This document shows, piece by piece, positions 55,218 to 64,000 of a stretch of DNA of 64,000 bases. Source of the stretch: a virus; the IMG/VR virus record IMGVR_UViG_3300021185_002756, positions 1 through 64,000 of that record; one strand, given 5' to 3'. Position numbers and translations under genes: made by a program. Within the stretch, counting starts at the first letter, position 1. Each line of letters begins with the position of its first letter. The notes beneath the pieces were generated by a model. That model was given only the letters and a program-made list of their open reading frames with translations, was not told where the DNA came from and did no database searches.

Positions 55218-56357
55218 TTATCCTAATAAATTACATATTTTATGTGCTATTTTCTTAAAATCTTCTTCTACTAATCCACGTGTGGTTTCAGCGGCAGTTC
55301 CAATTCTAATACCACTTGTTTCTACAAAGTTTCTTGGGTCATTTGGCACTCCGTTTTTGTTTACAGTAATTTTATTTTCTTCTAATATGTCTGCAGCCTG
55401 CCTGCCACTGTATTTACTGGCACTCAGATCCATCAGTATAATATGACTGTCAGTGCCTCCGGTTTGTACAGGAAAGCCTTTTTGTTCAAATACTGAACAC
55501 ATTGCTTGAGCATTTTTTACAACTTGATCTGCATACTGTTCGAAACTAGGAAGTAGTGCTTCTGTATAACATTGTGCTTTTGCGGCAATGATATTCATCA
55601 ATGGACCACCTTGTGTACCAGGAAAAATACTGCTATTAATTTTACGTGTGTAATCTGGATTGTTCCACAGTATCATACCGCCTCTAGGACCTCGTAGTGT
55701 TTTGTGTGTTGTACTTGTCACTACATCTGCATAAGGCAAAGGTGAATCATATGCACAACCTGCTATCAATCCACTGTAGTGTGCCATATCTACTACAAGA
55801 AATGCTCCTACACTATCAGCAATTCGTCTAAATGCACTCCAGTCTATTTGTCTTGGATAGGCACTAGCACCAGCAACAATCACTTTGGGCCGGTTTAATT
55901 TTGCTAAACCTTCTATACGATTATAGTCTAACAGTCCACGTTCATCTACACCATATGTTACTGCGTTGTAAACTTTACCACTTAGTGTAGGAGGTGCTCC
56001 ATGTGATAAATGACCACCACTGGCTAGATCCATACCCATTAACACATCACCTGGTTTCATAAATGCTTGATAAACTGCCGTGTTTGCATTTACTCCTGAG
56101 TGGGGCTGGACGTTTGCAAAACCACAGTTGTACAACTCACATAGTTTGTCAATTGCCAGTTGCTCAATTAGATCCATGTTTTCACAACCGTTGTAGTAAC
56201 GTTTACCCGGATAGCCTTCTGCATACTTGTTGGTAAACACACTGCCACAAAGTTTCATAACTGCTTCACTTGCAAAGTTCTCACTGGCTATTAACTCTAC
56301 TGTATCTAACTGTCTACCGTGTTCTTTGGTTAAAATATATTGTATTTCTTCGTTCAT
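55218..56357 (-). CDS. glyA: serine hydroxymethyltransferase
   Basis: LIASENF, NKYAEGYPGKRYY, GGHLSHG, DMAH, STTHKTLRGPRGG, FPGTQGGP. Confidence 0.97.
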   Translation of the reverse strand: MNEEIQYILTKEHGRQLDTVELIASENFASEAVMKLCGSVFTNKYAEGYPGKRYYNGCENMDLIEQLAIDKLCELYNCGFANVQPHSGVNANTAVYQAFMKPGDVLMGMDLASGGHLSHGAPPTLSGKVYNAVTYGVDERGLLDYNRIEGLAKLNRPKVIVAGASAYPRQIDWSAFRRIADSVGAFLVVDMAHYSGLIAGCAYDSPLPYADVVTSTTHKTLRGPRGGMILWNNPDYTRKINSSIFPGTQGGPLMNIIAAKAQCYTEALLPSFEQYADQVVKNAQAMCSVFEQKGFPVQTGGTDSHIILMDLSASKYSGRQAADILEENKITVNKNGVPNDPRNFVETSGIRIGTAAETTRGLVEEDFKKIAHKICNLLG

Positions 56358-56359
56358 TT

Positions 56360-57376
56360 TTATTCCACATAGTTGTTGTAAAATTCATGACTGGCAAGAT
56401 TCTTGCACTTGCTCTCACATTGTATATCCCACTGTTCGCTGAATCTAGCGGCCCACTCGTTTACTGCATGGTTCCAGTAGAAGTCACTGTGAGCACGTAG
56501 TTTTTGTTTCTTGTAGCCTTGTTCAAGCAGTGAGTTCATATCAGGACGCACATGAGGGTCATGGTCTACTAGTATGTCTTCACGCGAAACTGAATAATGC
56601 AATGCAGGTCGAACACCACGCCACGAATCAATTATGCGAGAACATCTATCGTCGGTCGGTTCAATGTATTCACCTGAATTAACCCAGTGGTGGTGTATAT
56701 CGAGAACGAGTGCAACATCTTTGGCAAGTTCGAGGCTTGCGTCAAGACCCCATTTGTTCTCGTCGTTTTCAATTGTAATAGTATTTCTCGCCTCCGGAGA
56801 AAGTCTTCCGAGCACTGCTTTGATACCGGCAGGACCTTGTCTACCGGATATATGGACGTTGCACTTAAAGTCCTGGAATTGGCGGCCGAAGCCCATCCAT
56901 CGGATAATGTCAACATGATATTCAAACTCCTCTATACTACGTTCTACAATGTCTGGATTGTCACTGGCAAGGACTGTAAACTGTCCTGGATGAAAACTAA
57001 GACGTACACCTAGTTGCCTTGCCAGTTCACCTACCTTTGCATAACCTTGTGCTAGTTTTTCACGTATATCTGGTTGTTGCCAAAAGTAACGCCAATCAGG
57101 TTGTGTGTACATAGGCAATTGATTGCTGCCTAACCGACACATACGCAAGCCAGGCTTGAGGTTACCTACATATTCAACAAGATTGTATGCACTTTGCATG
57201 TTGTGTTGCATAATGTCATACAGTCTTTGTTCTGCTTCGTTAACAGTTTGTCTATTAAGCCATGCGACTGTTGTACACTTTTCTGTAAGCGGACGTTGTA
57301 TTTCTTCTAGTAGTTTAGGTTTTTGCGTTTGATCTGGATGTAGATACTTGCAACAAAAGCCGACACGTGCAGTCAT
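56360..57376 (-). CDS. uvsE: UV damage endonuclease
   Basis: GFCC, RLGS, RLSFHPGQF, IENDE, LDIHHHW, RAHSD, ESKCKNLA. Confidence 0.93.
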   Translation of the reverse strand: MTARVGFCCKYLHPDQTQKPKLLEEIQRPLTEKCTTVAWLNRQTVNEAEQRLYDIMQHNMQSAYNLVEYVGNLKPGLRMCRLGSNQLPMYTQPDWRYFWQQPDIREKLAQGYAKVGELARQLGVRLSFHPGQFTVLASDNPDIVERSIEEFEYHVDIIRWMGFGRQFQDFKCNVHISGRQGPAGIKAVLGRLSPEARNTITIENDENKWGLDASLELAKDVALVLDIHHHWVNSGEYIEPTDDRCSRIIDSWRGVRPALHYSVSREDILVDHDPHVRPDMNSLLEQGYKKQKLRAHSDFYWNHAVNEWAARFSEQWDIQCESKCKNLASHEFYNNYVE

Positions 57377-57389
57377 ATATATCTCCTAA

Positions 57390-57935
57390 TTACGTAAGTA
57401 ATTGTAACACATTTTCGTAACTATCGCAAGAGATATTTTCTAAATTTTCAAAACTTTTGTCTAATTCATTAGGATGATCAATAAAAACAAACTGTGTGTT
57501 TGGATTGTTTTTTACTACGCCACGTATGGCAGCAAGATAACTTTTTGCAAGAAACTTTGCTTTAGGTTCTGTTTCAGTTACTTCCTGTAAATCAAAACCC
57601 ATGCATAATACTAGTTCACTATGACTGCATAGATGCATACTAATAACGTCTTCTTGCTTAGAAAAATCATCTGGAAAGTCACCATCAAATACTTTAACAC
57701 CTGCCGGACGATTGAGAAGTGCATATGACTGTTGAGGGATATAAAAATTACACACACTGTGAAATGCACGTTTAATTAAATCCTGTGCTTTGACATTGTC
57801 AGCACACAGTACATTATCTGTACTCCAACTACGCCATGTCTTCCATGAACCCCAAGTTGTGCCTATGTCTTTGATTGTTTCTGACTTGACTATAGGATCA
57901 ACATAGTCTTCACTTAATACCCATGCTACTTCCAT
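57390..57935 (-). CDS. hypothetical protein
   Basis: ORF in operon; MGFD motif. Confidence 0.55.
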   Translation of the reverse strand: MEVAWVLSEDYVDPIVKSETIKDIGTTWGSWKTWRSWSTDNVLCADNVKAQDLIKRAFHSVCNFYIPQQSYALLNRPAGVKVFDGDFPDDFSKQEDVISMHLCSHSELVLCMGFDLQEVTETEPKAKFLAKSYLAAIRGVVKNNPNTQFVFIDHPNELDKSFENLENISCDSYENVLQLLT

Positions 57936-59167
57936 TATGCTGACTTTAGTTCTTGCCAACGATAATCACCCAGACATATCCATGCAAATGCTTCGCCTGG
58001 TTTAAAATTGTAGTTGAATACTACGTCGCCTTTTGCTCCGCTCCAACCTGGTGTGCCACTATGAGTGCTTATTCTATTTCTGCCAACACGTAATTTGCCT
58101 ACACTGACCAAACCGTCTTTATCTATTGTAAGTTGCTCTTGGTTGTTAGTTATAAAACTAAGATCATGTGCTTTACTAGTTCCAATTTGTGCAGTATTTT
58201 GACTTCGCCTTCCGATGTCAATTTCAATTTCACTATCCCAGATACTTAAAGCACTGCGAGGTGCAGTTGTGTTGATTCCTACACGTTTGTTATCAACTTT
58301 AAGTTCTGAGCCGACTGTAAGGCTCTTAAGTGTGCCTAGTTCTTGTATACCTGTTTTTGTAATTGCACTGCTTAGTTTATTGTCATCAACTAAACTTTCA
58401 CCACGTACCAATATATTTTTTACATTTAGTCCGTCTTGTATTTGTTCTCTAATTGTATTTGAAGTCTCATCTATAAATTCAGTTTTCAGTTTATCTATAG
58501 CATTCTTTTCAATAGTGTCACTTAGTTCCTTAAAACTAGGATTGCTTAAACTTATACGTCCTTTCACTGCAAGATCACCATCTATAACCAAGGCTCCTCC
58601 GACATTAACATCACCGTCGGTGCTTAGTGTTTCACTTGCTAAATGTTTCTTTACAACCACTATTCCTTTTTCAATCACTAGTTCTCTATTAAGATCTTCG
58701 TGTATGAGGCTGGTATTTTCAAGCACGACTTCACGCAGGATTCCACGTACATTTTCTTCTTTAAGTCCTTTACGTATTCTGTCGCCAGTCTCACGTGCAA
58801 TCTGTGTGTGAATTTTTTGTATCCAGTTTGGATCAAATACCAATTGGTCAACTGTTTTGTTTACAAGACGTTCAATTGCTTGGTCAACTGCTTGAACCAA
58901 AAGAGTGTTGTCTACCATATGTTCAATGTTTGGAACAAATCCATCCGCAAACATTTTTCCAACACTGGAACTGACTGTTTCAACTAGATCAGGAACAGTA
59001 CTAATATTGCTAAAACGTGCTACAATTCTATCTTGTACAAATTTAGTAATCTTATTTTCTAGTTCAATTACCCATTCAGGATCGTTGATTGCTTGATCTA
59101 CTTGTCTTTCAACTTGTAGTTTTACTTCTTTTTGTACTAATTTTTCAACTGCATCTTCTTTAAGCAT
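57935..59167 (-). CDS. coiled-coil/fiber-like virion protein
   Basis: LGTLKSLTV, RVGINTTAP, C-terminal GDVVFN..WICLG..W. Confidence 0.6.
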   Translation of the reverse strand: MLKEDAVEKLVQKEVKLQVERQVDQAINDPEWVIELENKITKFVQDRIVARFSNISTVPDLVETVSSSVGKMFADGFVPNIEHMVDNTLLVQAVDQAIERLVNKTVDQLVFDPNWIQKIHTQIARETGDRIRKGLKEENVRGILREVVLENTSLIHEDLNRELVIEKGIVVVKKHLASETLSTDGDVNVGGALVIDGDLAVKGRISLSNPSFKELSDTIEKNAIDKLKTEFIDETSNTIREQIQDGLNVKNILVRGESLVDDNKLSSAITKTGIQELGTLKSLTVGSELKVDNKRVGINTTAPRSALSIWDSEIEIDIGRRSQNTAQIGTSKAHDLSFITNNQEQLTIDKDGLVSVGKLRVGRNRISTHSGTPGWSGAKGDVVFNYNFKPGEAFAWICLGDYRWQELKSA

Positions 59168-60092
59168 GTGGCCTACTTTCTCTCCAGGTATCAAGTGTTA
59201 CGCAGTGATGTCCTCCACCAAGTGTACGTGAATGTCTTAGGGTGTGAGGTATAACTGTAAAACCTTTTTTCTCTAGTGTTTTACTTAGCTCTAATTGTGC
59301 CGTATCCATTATAACTGTGGTAGGATTAACAACCAGCATGTTAAGTCCAATCCATTTACTTGCATATGGATATTGGTAAAACACACTGGCAACACAATCG
59401 TCGACCCAAATAATTTCCCAGTCCTTCATGCATGGTGGCAAGTAACGTTTGCTTTTTACTCTTGGTTTATTGCATATTGCAAGTCCTGGTCTAAGAGGAA
59501 CTATTGTTGAATCAATGTGTACACCTGCGTAGAAGTTTACTTTTTCAATATTAATATTTGGATACTGCTCGCAAAGCCATTCATATGCCTGCTGATTTCC
59601 TGAATCTGATTCTAAATACACCCAGTCATTGCCCAGTCTACATATGTTAGCGGCGTCCAATACCATTCCTTGATGTAAAGGCATATCTTTTACAATATTG
59701 TCTTTGAGCATATCTCTGTAGCACAACTGTTCCATTTGCCTACATGGATACATCATTGCTGGGTTAAGTATTTCTCTACCTGCTATTAAAAATCTATCTC
59801 GAGGGCAATAGTTATACATGCCACCTAATCCTTGAAAGTTAAGTGCAGTACTTGGACGATTGACTTTGACATCTTGTTTTTCTAGTATTTCTGCTAATTT
59901 ATCAAGATCTTCGTTCGCCTCTTCTATAATCCAATCTGGCACAGGTCCGCTAGGCACTGGTGTTTCTTTCCACAGTGTCTTTTCACTCTCGTTAGCAAAC
60001 ACAGGGTCTTCACTGGGCCAGTTCGCATGATCAGCAACACCAACATAGCATTCTCGAAGTTGGTCCCACTCGTTGAAACTTCTTATTTTCAC
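59160..60092 (-). CDS. amidinotransferase (glycine/inosamine-phosphate amidinotransferase family)
   Basis: NEWDQLRE, YCPRD, DAAN, HIDST, GGGHHCVTLD catalytic Cys. Confidence 0.9.
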   Translation of the reverse strand: MKIRSFNEWDQLRECYVGVADHANWPSEDPVFANESEKTLWKETPVPSGPVPDWIIEEANEDLDKLAEILEKQDVKVNRPSTALNFQGLGGMYNYCPRDRFLIAGREILNPAMMYPCRQMEQLCYRDMLKDNIVKDMPLHQGMVLDAANICRLGNDWVYLESDSGNQQAYEWLCEQYPNINIEKVNFYAGVHIDSTIVPLRPGLAICNKPRVKSKRYLPPCMKDWEIIWVDDCVASVFYQYPYASKWIGLNMLVVNPTTVIMDTAQLELSKTLEKKGFTVIPHTLRHSRTLGGGHHCVTLDTWRESRPHA

Positions 60093-60604
60093 TCGATTAC
60101 TCCGGTTATTTGTAGGGTATACCTAGGTGTTTTACCAACGTTGGCAGCCAGATGTAGTGTATCATTTTTCCATACTATGTAATCACCAGCACGCCAGTTT
60201 GTGATCACAGTATTTTCACATTCACTTATGTGCCCGCTTTGCCAGTCTTCCATGTAGATGACTGCACGATGTATGTCACCATCCCATGAATACAACTCTC
60301 GAAATCTAGCATAGGTATCACCATGCATGGGCAATGTTGTCCCTGGATTCATACGATACACACTCCAACTAAAGAAACGCCAATCAAACACATTTCTTAT
60401 TAGGTGCATCCATTCAGGTTCCTCCTGTCGCATATCGTACATATCGCCAGTAAATTTAGTTTGAGTATATCCTAGGTCCCGCCATTCTTTTAAACTGACT
60501 TTGTCATTGAATGGTTCGTTGATATACATTAGGTCTTTGTATGCATCTGCCCATACTGGATACGTATGTCCAGAGTACCAGTTACTGTGTTCTTGTGTTT
60601 CCAT
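60089..60604 (-). CDS. cupin/2OG oxygenase-like protein
   Basis: PG..LPMHGD, EDWQSGH, W.AGD, H.AANVG..R..LQITG. Confidence 0.65.
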   Translation of the reverse strand: METQEHSNWYSGHTYPVWADAYKDLMYINEPFNDKVSLKEWRDLGYTQTKFTGDMYDMRQEEPEWMHLIRNVFDWRFFSWSVYRMNPGTTLPMHGDTYARFRELYSWDGDIHRAVIYMEDWQSGHISECENTVITNWRAGDYIVWKNDTLHLAANVGKTPRYTLQITGVIE

Positions 60605-61817
60605 AATGTATTACTTTGATGCCTTCCATGTCTTTTGGCAAGTTTCTCCATGGATCAACTATAGTTGAACCTTTTGGTATATCGCAATAAAAAGTATCAT
60701 CCTTGGTATACTGTCCAGTATACCCATATGTGATGTATCTGTTATGTGCATATAATATAATTGATGGTTCGTCTATTGTGGCAACTACGTCCTTTGGGTT
60801 GTCTGCAATTGGGTCAATGTATTTAACAGATAATCCTTGCTCTTCTATATAAAATCCAATCAGTGTACTATAACTTCCTATGCAAAAAGGCACATCAGGT
60901 TTGTATGCTTTACCGTGTATCACAATAGGTTTACCGTCTGCATTCTCAACTAAAAAGTCTGCTAGGTTCTTTGCTTGTACTTCTCTAGCACCCATAATAG
61001 TATCAAACATATCATAGCCAATGTCGTATTCTTTTGCTAACCAACGCAGTGCTATATTATCTCTTGGATGACATGCACCTGAGTCTCCCATGCCTGCAGT
61101 CATATACTTAGGACCCATAATACGCATTGTACTTTGTGCTAGAGCGTCTGTAACGACGTCAACGTTTATGTTACCTATCTTTAGTGCAAAGTCCTGTATC
61201 ATGTTAACAAGTCCTACTTTAGCACTGATAAACGTATTGTAAAATATTTTTATACTTTCACACTCGTCCCAGGTTCCAGTCACGTATCTTGGATTGTTAC
61301 GCATCAATGGACGGTACAACTCAATGAGGTCTTCCATCTCTGTCGGATCGCCTGTTTCAGTGCCGATCATTACCATTTCTGGATTGGCAAAGTCCCATTT
61401 CACACTGCCCATAGCAATCAAGTATGGGTTATATAAAAACTGGTGTTGGCTATCCAACATTGAATAAAAGTGTCTGCGTGTTGTACCAGGTAATACAGTT
61501 GATATTAACACTACTTTTTTTGGTTCAGTAGCATGTTCGTTAACCATTTTTATAGCATCTTTGACTGCGTCATGTCCAAAGTCTTTTGGTTCCATATGTG
61601 AACTTGGTATACTGCCATCATAGCCTTCTGCATGTGGTGTTTGCACTGCAACAAAAATCCAATCGCTGTTGTTAATCATTTCTTGTGGTGTTGCACAAAC
61701 TTTAACACTGTCCGATGTACGTGGGTAAATATCATAACCATGCACAGTATATTTTTCAGCCATTACTTCGGCACAGTCAAGTCCAAGTTTTCCAAGACCA
61801 ACAAATCCAATTCTCAT
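60582..61817 (-). CDS. UDP-glucose/GDP-mannose dehydrogenase family
   Basis: GLGKLG, AVQTP, ISTVLPG, G.GDSGACHPRD, GKAYKP. Confidence 0.88.
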   Translation of the reverse strand: MRIGFVGLGKLGLDCAEVMAEKYTVHGYDIYPRTSDSVKVCATPQEMINNSDWIFVAVQTPHAEGYDGSIPSSHMEPKDFGHDAVKDAIKMVNEHATEPKKVVLISTVLPGTTRRHFYSMLDSQHQFLYNPYLIAMGSVKWDFANPEMVMIGTETGDPTEMEDLIELYRPLMRNNPRYVTGTWDECESIKIFYNTFISAKVGLVNMIQDFALKIGNINVDVVTDALAQSTMRIMGPKYMTAGMGDSGACHPRDNIALRWLAKEYDIGYDMFDTIMGAREVQAKNLADFLVENADGKPIVIHGKAYKPDVPFCIGSYSTLIGFYIEEQGLSVKYIDPIADNPKDVVATIDEPSIILYAHNRYITYGYTGQYTKDDTFYCDIPKGSTIVDPWRNLPKDMEGIKVIHYGNTRTQ

Positions 61818-61835
61818 TTAAGGTAACCTTTCTGA

Positions 61836-62927
61836 ATGTCTATTCCTACTAATAATTTATACAATTTTGTGGCCCAGGCCTTAGAAAACAAGTATCTGGT
61901 GAAACACTTTCATCCTTGGGGACATAAAGCATTCTCAAATGTTATAAACCACATTGAAGACGATTCTCCCGATATAGACTACAAAGATGTACCAGTATTG
62001 TTATGTCATGACCAAGAGCCTTTAGATTATGACCTTTATAACGATACTAATCTTGTAGAACAGTTAGATACATTTTACCCTGTGCTACGTGATATAATAA
62101 AAGCACATCTCGATAAAGGTACCACGAACTTAAACCTACGTTGGCTACAACCTGCTATGCATCAAGACTATTGGACATTGCTACACAGTGAAGTAAACTC
62201 TCCTGAAGTACTAAAATATGAAAGAACTGGCTTATTTAAATGTGCTTATTGGTGGGCACATGCTCCTATTGCAGTTGACTGGTACAGATTTGCTCGTTAT
62301 GATACACGACTACAAAGGCAAAGTCAAGACATTGTGGCAAACTTTTTAGTATATGCAAGAGATACAACAGGCAAACGTGCCTACAGAAAGATATTCTTAG
62401 AACATCTTGCTCATATAGATAATGTACAATTAGGAAGTATAGATAGAAATATGATACCACCTATTGAAGGAGATGCTGATTACAATCCTTATCAGGAAGA
62501 CATAACAAGTTCTAGTAGTGCTACCTATAATTGGGAAGATTTTGCACGTACAAATTGTAGCATTGTTCTTGAAACTGTATATGATCAACGCATACATCTT
62601 ACAGAAAAAACACTGCGTCCATTAGCATGCGGACATCCGTTTATGGTATTAAGCGGCCCTGGTACACTAGAAAAAATACAAGAATATGGATTCAAAACAT
62701 TTCAGCCGTACATAAACGAAAGTTATGATAAGGAACTAGGCCCATTGAAACGCATGGATATGGTTCTAAAAGAAATGCGTAGAATAAACAATTCAAGTGC
62801 AAAATACCAAAAATGGATATGGGATGGTTGTCAGCAAATTGCTGACTACAACAAACGTTTATTCTTCGATGATAAGTTTATTTGGCGTGTTAAAACAGAA
62901 CTAAGAAAAACCGTGCGAACTGTATAA
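61836..62927 (+). CDS. glycosyltransferase-like protein (GT10-like C-terminal motif)
   Basis: SIVLET..LTEKT.RP..HPF..G.L..GFKTF..ESYD. Confidence 0.5.
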   Translation: MSIPTNNLYNFVAQALENKYLVKHFHPWGHKAFSNVINHIEDDSPDIDYKDVPVLLCHDQEPLDYDLYNDTNLVEQLDTFYPVLRDIIKAHLDKGTTNLNLRWLQPAMHQDYWTLLHSEVNSPEVLKYERTGLFKCAYWWAHAPIAVDWYRFARYDTRLQRQSQDIVANFLVYARDTTGKRAYRKIFLEHLAHIDNVQLGSIDRNMIPPIEGDADYNPYQEDITSSSSATYNWEDFARTNCSIVLETVYDQRIHLTEKTLRPLACGHPFMVLSGPGTLEKIQEYGFKTFQPYINESYDKELGPLKRMDMVLKEMRRINNSSAKYQKWIWDGCQQIADYNKRLFFDDKFIWRVKTELRKTVRTV

Positions 62928-63461
62928 TTCTATATCATCTGCTAACTTTGCTTCAAGTGCGGATTCGTTAGCACTAAACCATCTGTTGTAATCAACTGTA
63001 AAATCTTGTGTGTAGTTACTGCGATTCTCTTCTTGCCAGCCTACGTGACATCCGCTTATAGCACTTAGGTCACTGCGTAGCTCACGCATCATGCCAGTGT
63101 GATACCAATGGTCAACTGCACATGGTGCATTATTCACAAATGATTGTTGTGTACCAAAATGTACTAATAGGTCAGCCTGTTGGTGTGTTGGGTTCTTAGG
63201 CGGGTTACCCAAATACCAGTCACCGATCATATCAATAGTAAAATTATAACTGTATCTTGCGCCGCACCCATATGCAAACGTGCTTTTAAGTCTGCCCCAG
63301 GGCTCACGTAAGATACAAAACCTAAACGGTTCTTTTATGTCTGCATCCTTAGTTGTCATCTGTGCTGCCCATGCACGCACAGTTTGGCTTGCACATTTAG
63401 GTATGTTTACAAAGTATAAGTTGTCTACAACTGGTTCACTTGCATAGTATGTGTGGGTCAC
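62901..63461 (-). CDS. sulfotransferase family 2-like protein
   Basis: FVNIPKCASQT (5'-PSB loop), ILREPWGRLKS (3'-PB), HF..Q. Confidence 0.7.
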   Translation of the reverse strand: MTHTYYASEPVVDNLYFVNIPKCASQTVRAWAAQMTTKDADIKEPFRFCILREPWGRLKSTFAYGCGARYSYNFTIDMIGDWYLGNPPKNPTHQQADLLVHFGTQQSFVNNAPCAVDHWYHTGMMRELRSDLSAISGCHVGWQEENRSNYTQDFTVDYNRWFSANESALEAKLADDIELYSSHGFS

Positions 63462-63787
63462 TTTTTCTTGGTGTTCATTGCTTGTGTGCCAAAAAAGGCA
63501 GCCACAATAGCCGCAACTGATACAAAGTATACACTTGCCATGCTACCAAGTATCTTGCTTGCTTCTGTAAGTCCTATAAGCACTGCTAACACTACTGCAA
63601 ATGGATACAGTAACATTCCAAACAGTGCAAACCAAGCCATACTCCGTTGTGCATCACGCATAGCGTCTGCATCTTCTAGTTCTTTGCGTTTGAACTCTAA
63701 ATACATTGCTTGTTCTGCTTTAGTTACTTTTCCATCACCGTTTGTATCTGCTGGATGAAAACCTGCTTCTTTGATTTCTTCTGCCAT
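63458..63787 (-). CDS. membrane protein with EF-hand-like loop
   Basis: DTNGDGKVTKAE followed by two TM segments; late promoter. Confidence 0.65.
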   Translation of the reverse strand: MAEEIKEAGFHPADTNGDGKVTKAEQAMYLEFKRKELEDADAMRDAQRSMAWFALFGMLLYPFAVVLAVLIGLTEASKILGSMASVYFVSVAAIVAAFFGTQAMNTKKK

Positions 63788-64000
63788 TCTAGCTCTCCAT
63801 TTACTACATGATATTTATAATTTTATCATTGTCTTTACGTGTGTGTTCACATTGATGTTTACGCCAATGAAAGTATAGTTCTGCTGGACTGTTCCAGTCT
63901 GCAAACGCCTCACGATAAAAGTCTATGGTTCTACTTTCTGAATCACTATTAGTAACTTTCTTTGGCTTTTGTTTAAACGTAGGATCAAATTCACCAATAA

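Noticed and set aside
1-64000. Stop-codon reassignment
   Set aside because: Known genes are full length under code 11, and TAA, TAG and TGA all terminate genes.

Overview
This is an AT-rich, densely coding segment of a large (jumbo-type) tailed dsDNA phage genome, translated with the standard bacterial code. The host is inferred to be a Gram-negative marine or photic-zone proteobacterium, based on spanins, UvsE, DUF1127, DUF1289 and a SleB-type hydrolase. The window holds a lysis cassette (lysozyme, i-spanin, and an o-spanin missing from the ORF track), PhoH, a clamp loader, GroES, a DnaE fragment, MazG, APRT, SHMT, UvsE, IF-1, IscA and a ferredoxin. It also carries virion/tail proteins and many small-molecule or glycan-modifying enzymes (radical SAM, methyl-, sulfo- and amidinotransferase-like, NDP-sugar enzymes, an SSS transporter). 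Two promoter classes recur: early sigma70-type GGTTGAC(A/T)-N16-TAnnnT, often followed by a conserved AGTTAGAAA..AGGAG leader, and late TAAATA. Top candidates for new biology are: (1) a 103-nt tRNA-Asn(GUU) with a class-II (Leu/Ser-like) body and an 11-bp variable stem, 6 nt downstream of a catalytic-domain-only AsnRS/AspRS paralog, possibly a dedicated pair; (2) a glutamine (glnA-type) riboswitch ahead of an unannotated 37-aa basic peptide, near a Pho-box-preceded Na/Pi transporter, suggesting phage N and P sensing; (3) a class-3 lipase domain inside a 1371-aa Ig-like virion protein; (4) a structured leader heading a DUF3563-DUF1127 micro-protein operon; (5) an unannotated ArfA-like peptide. 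All family assignments come from motif recognition by eye; no searches were run.
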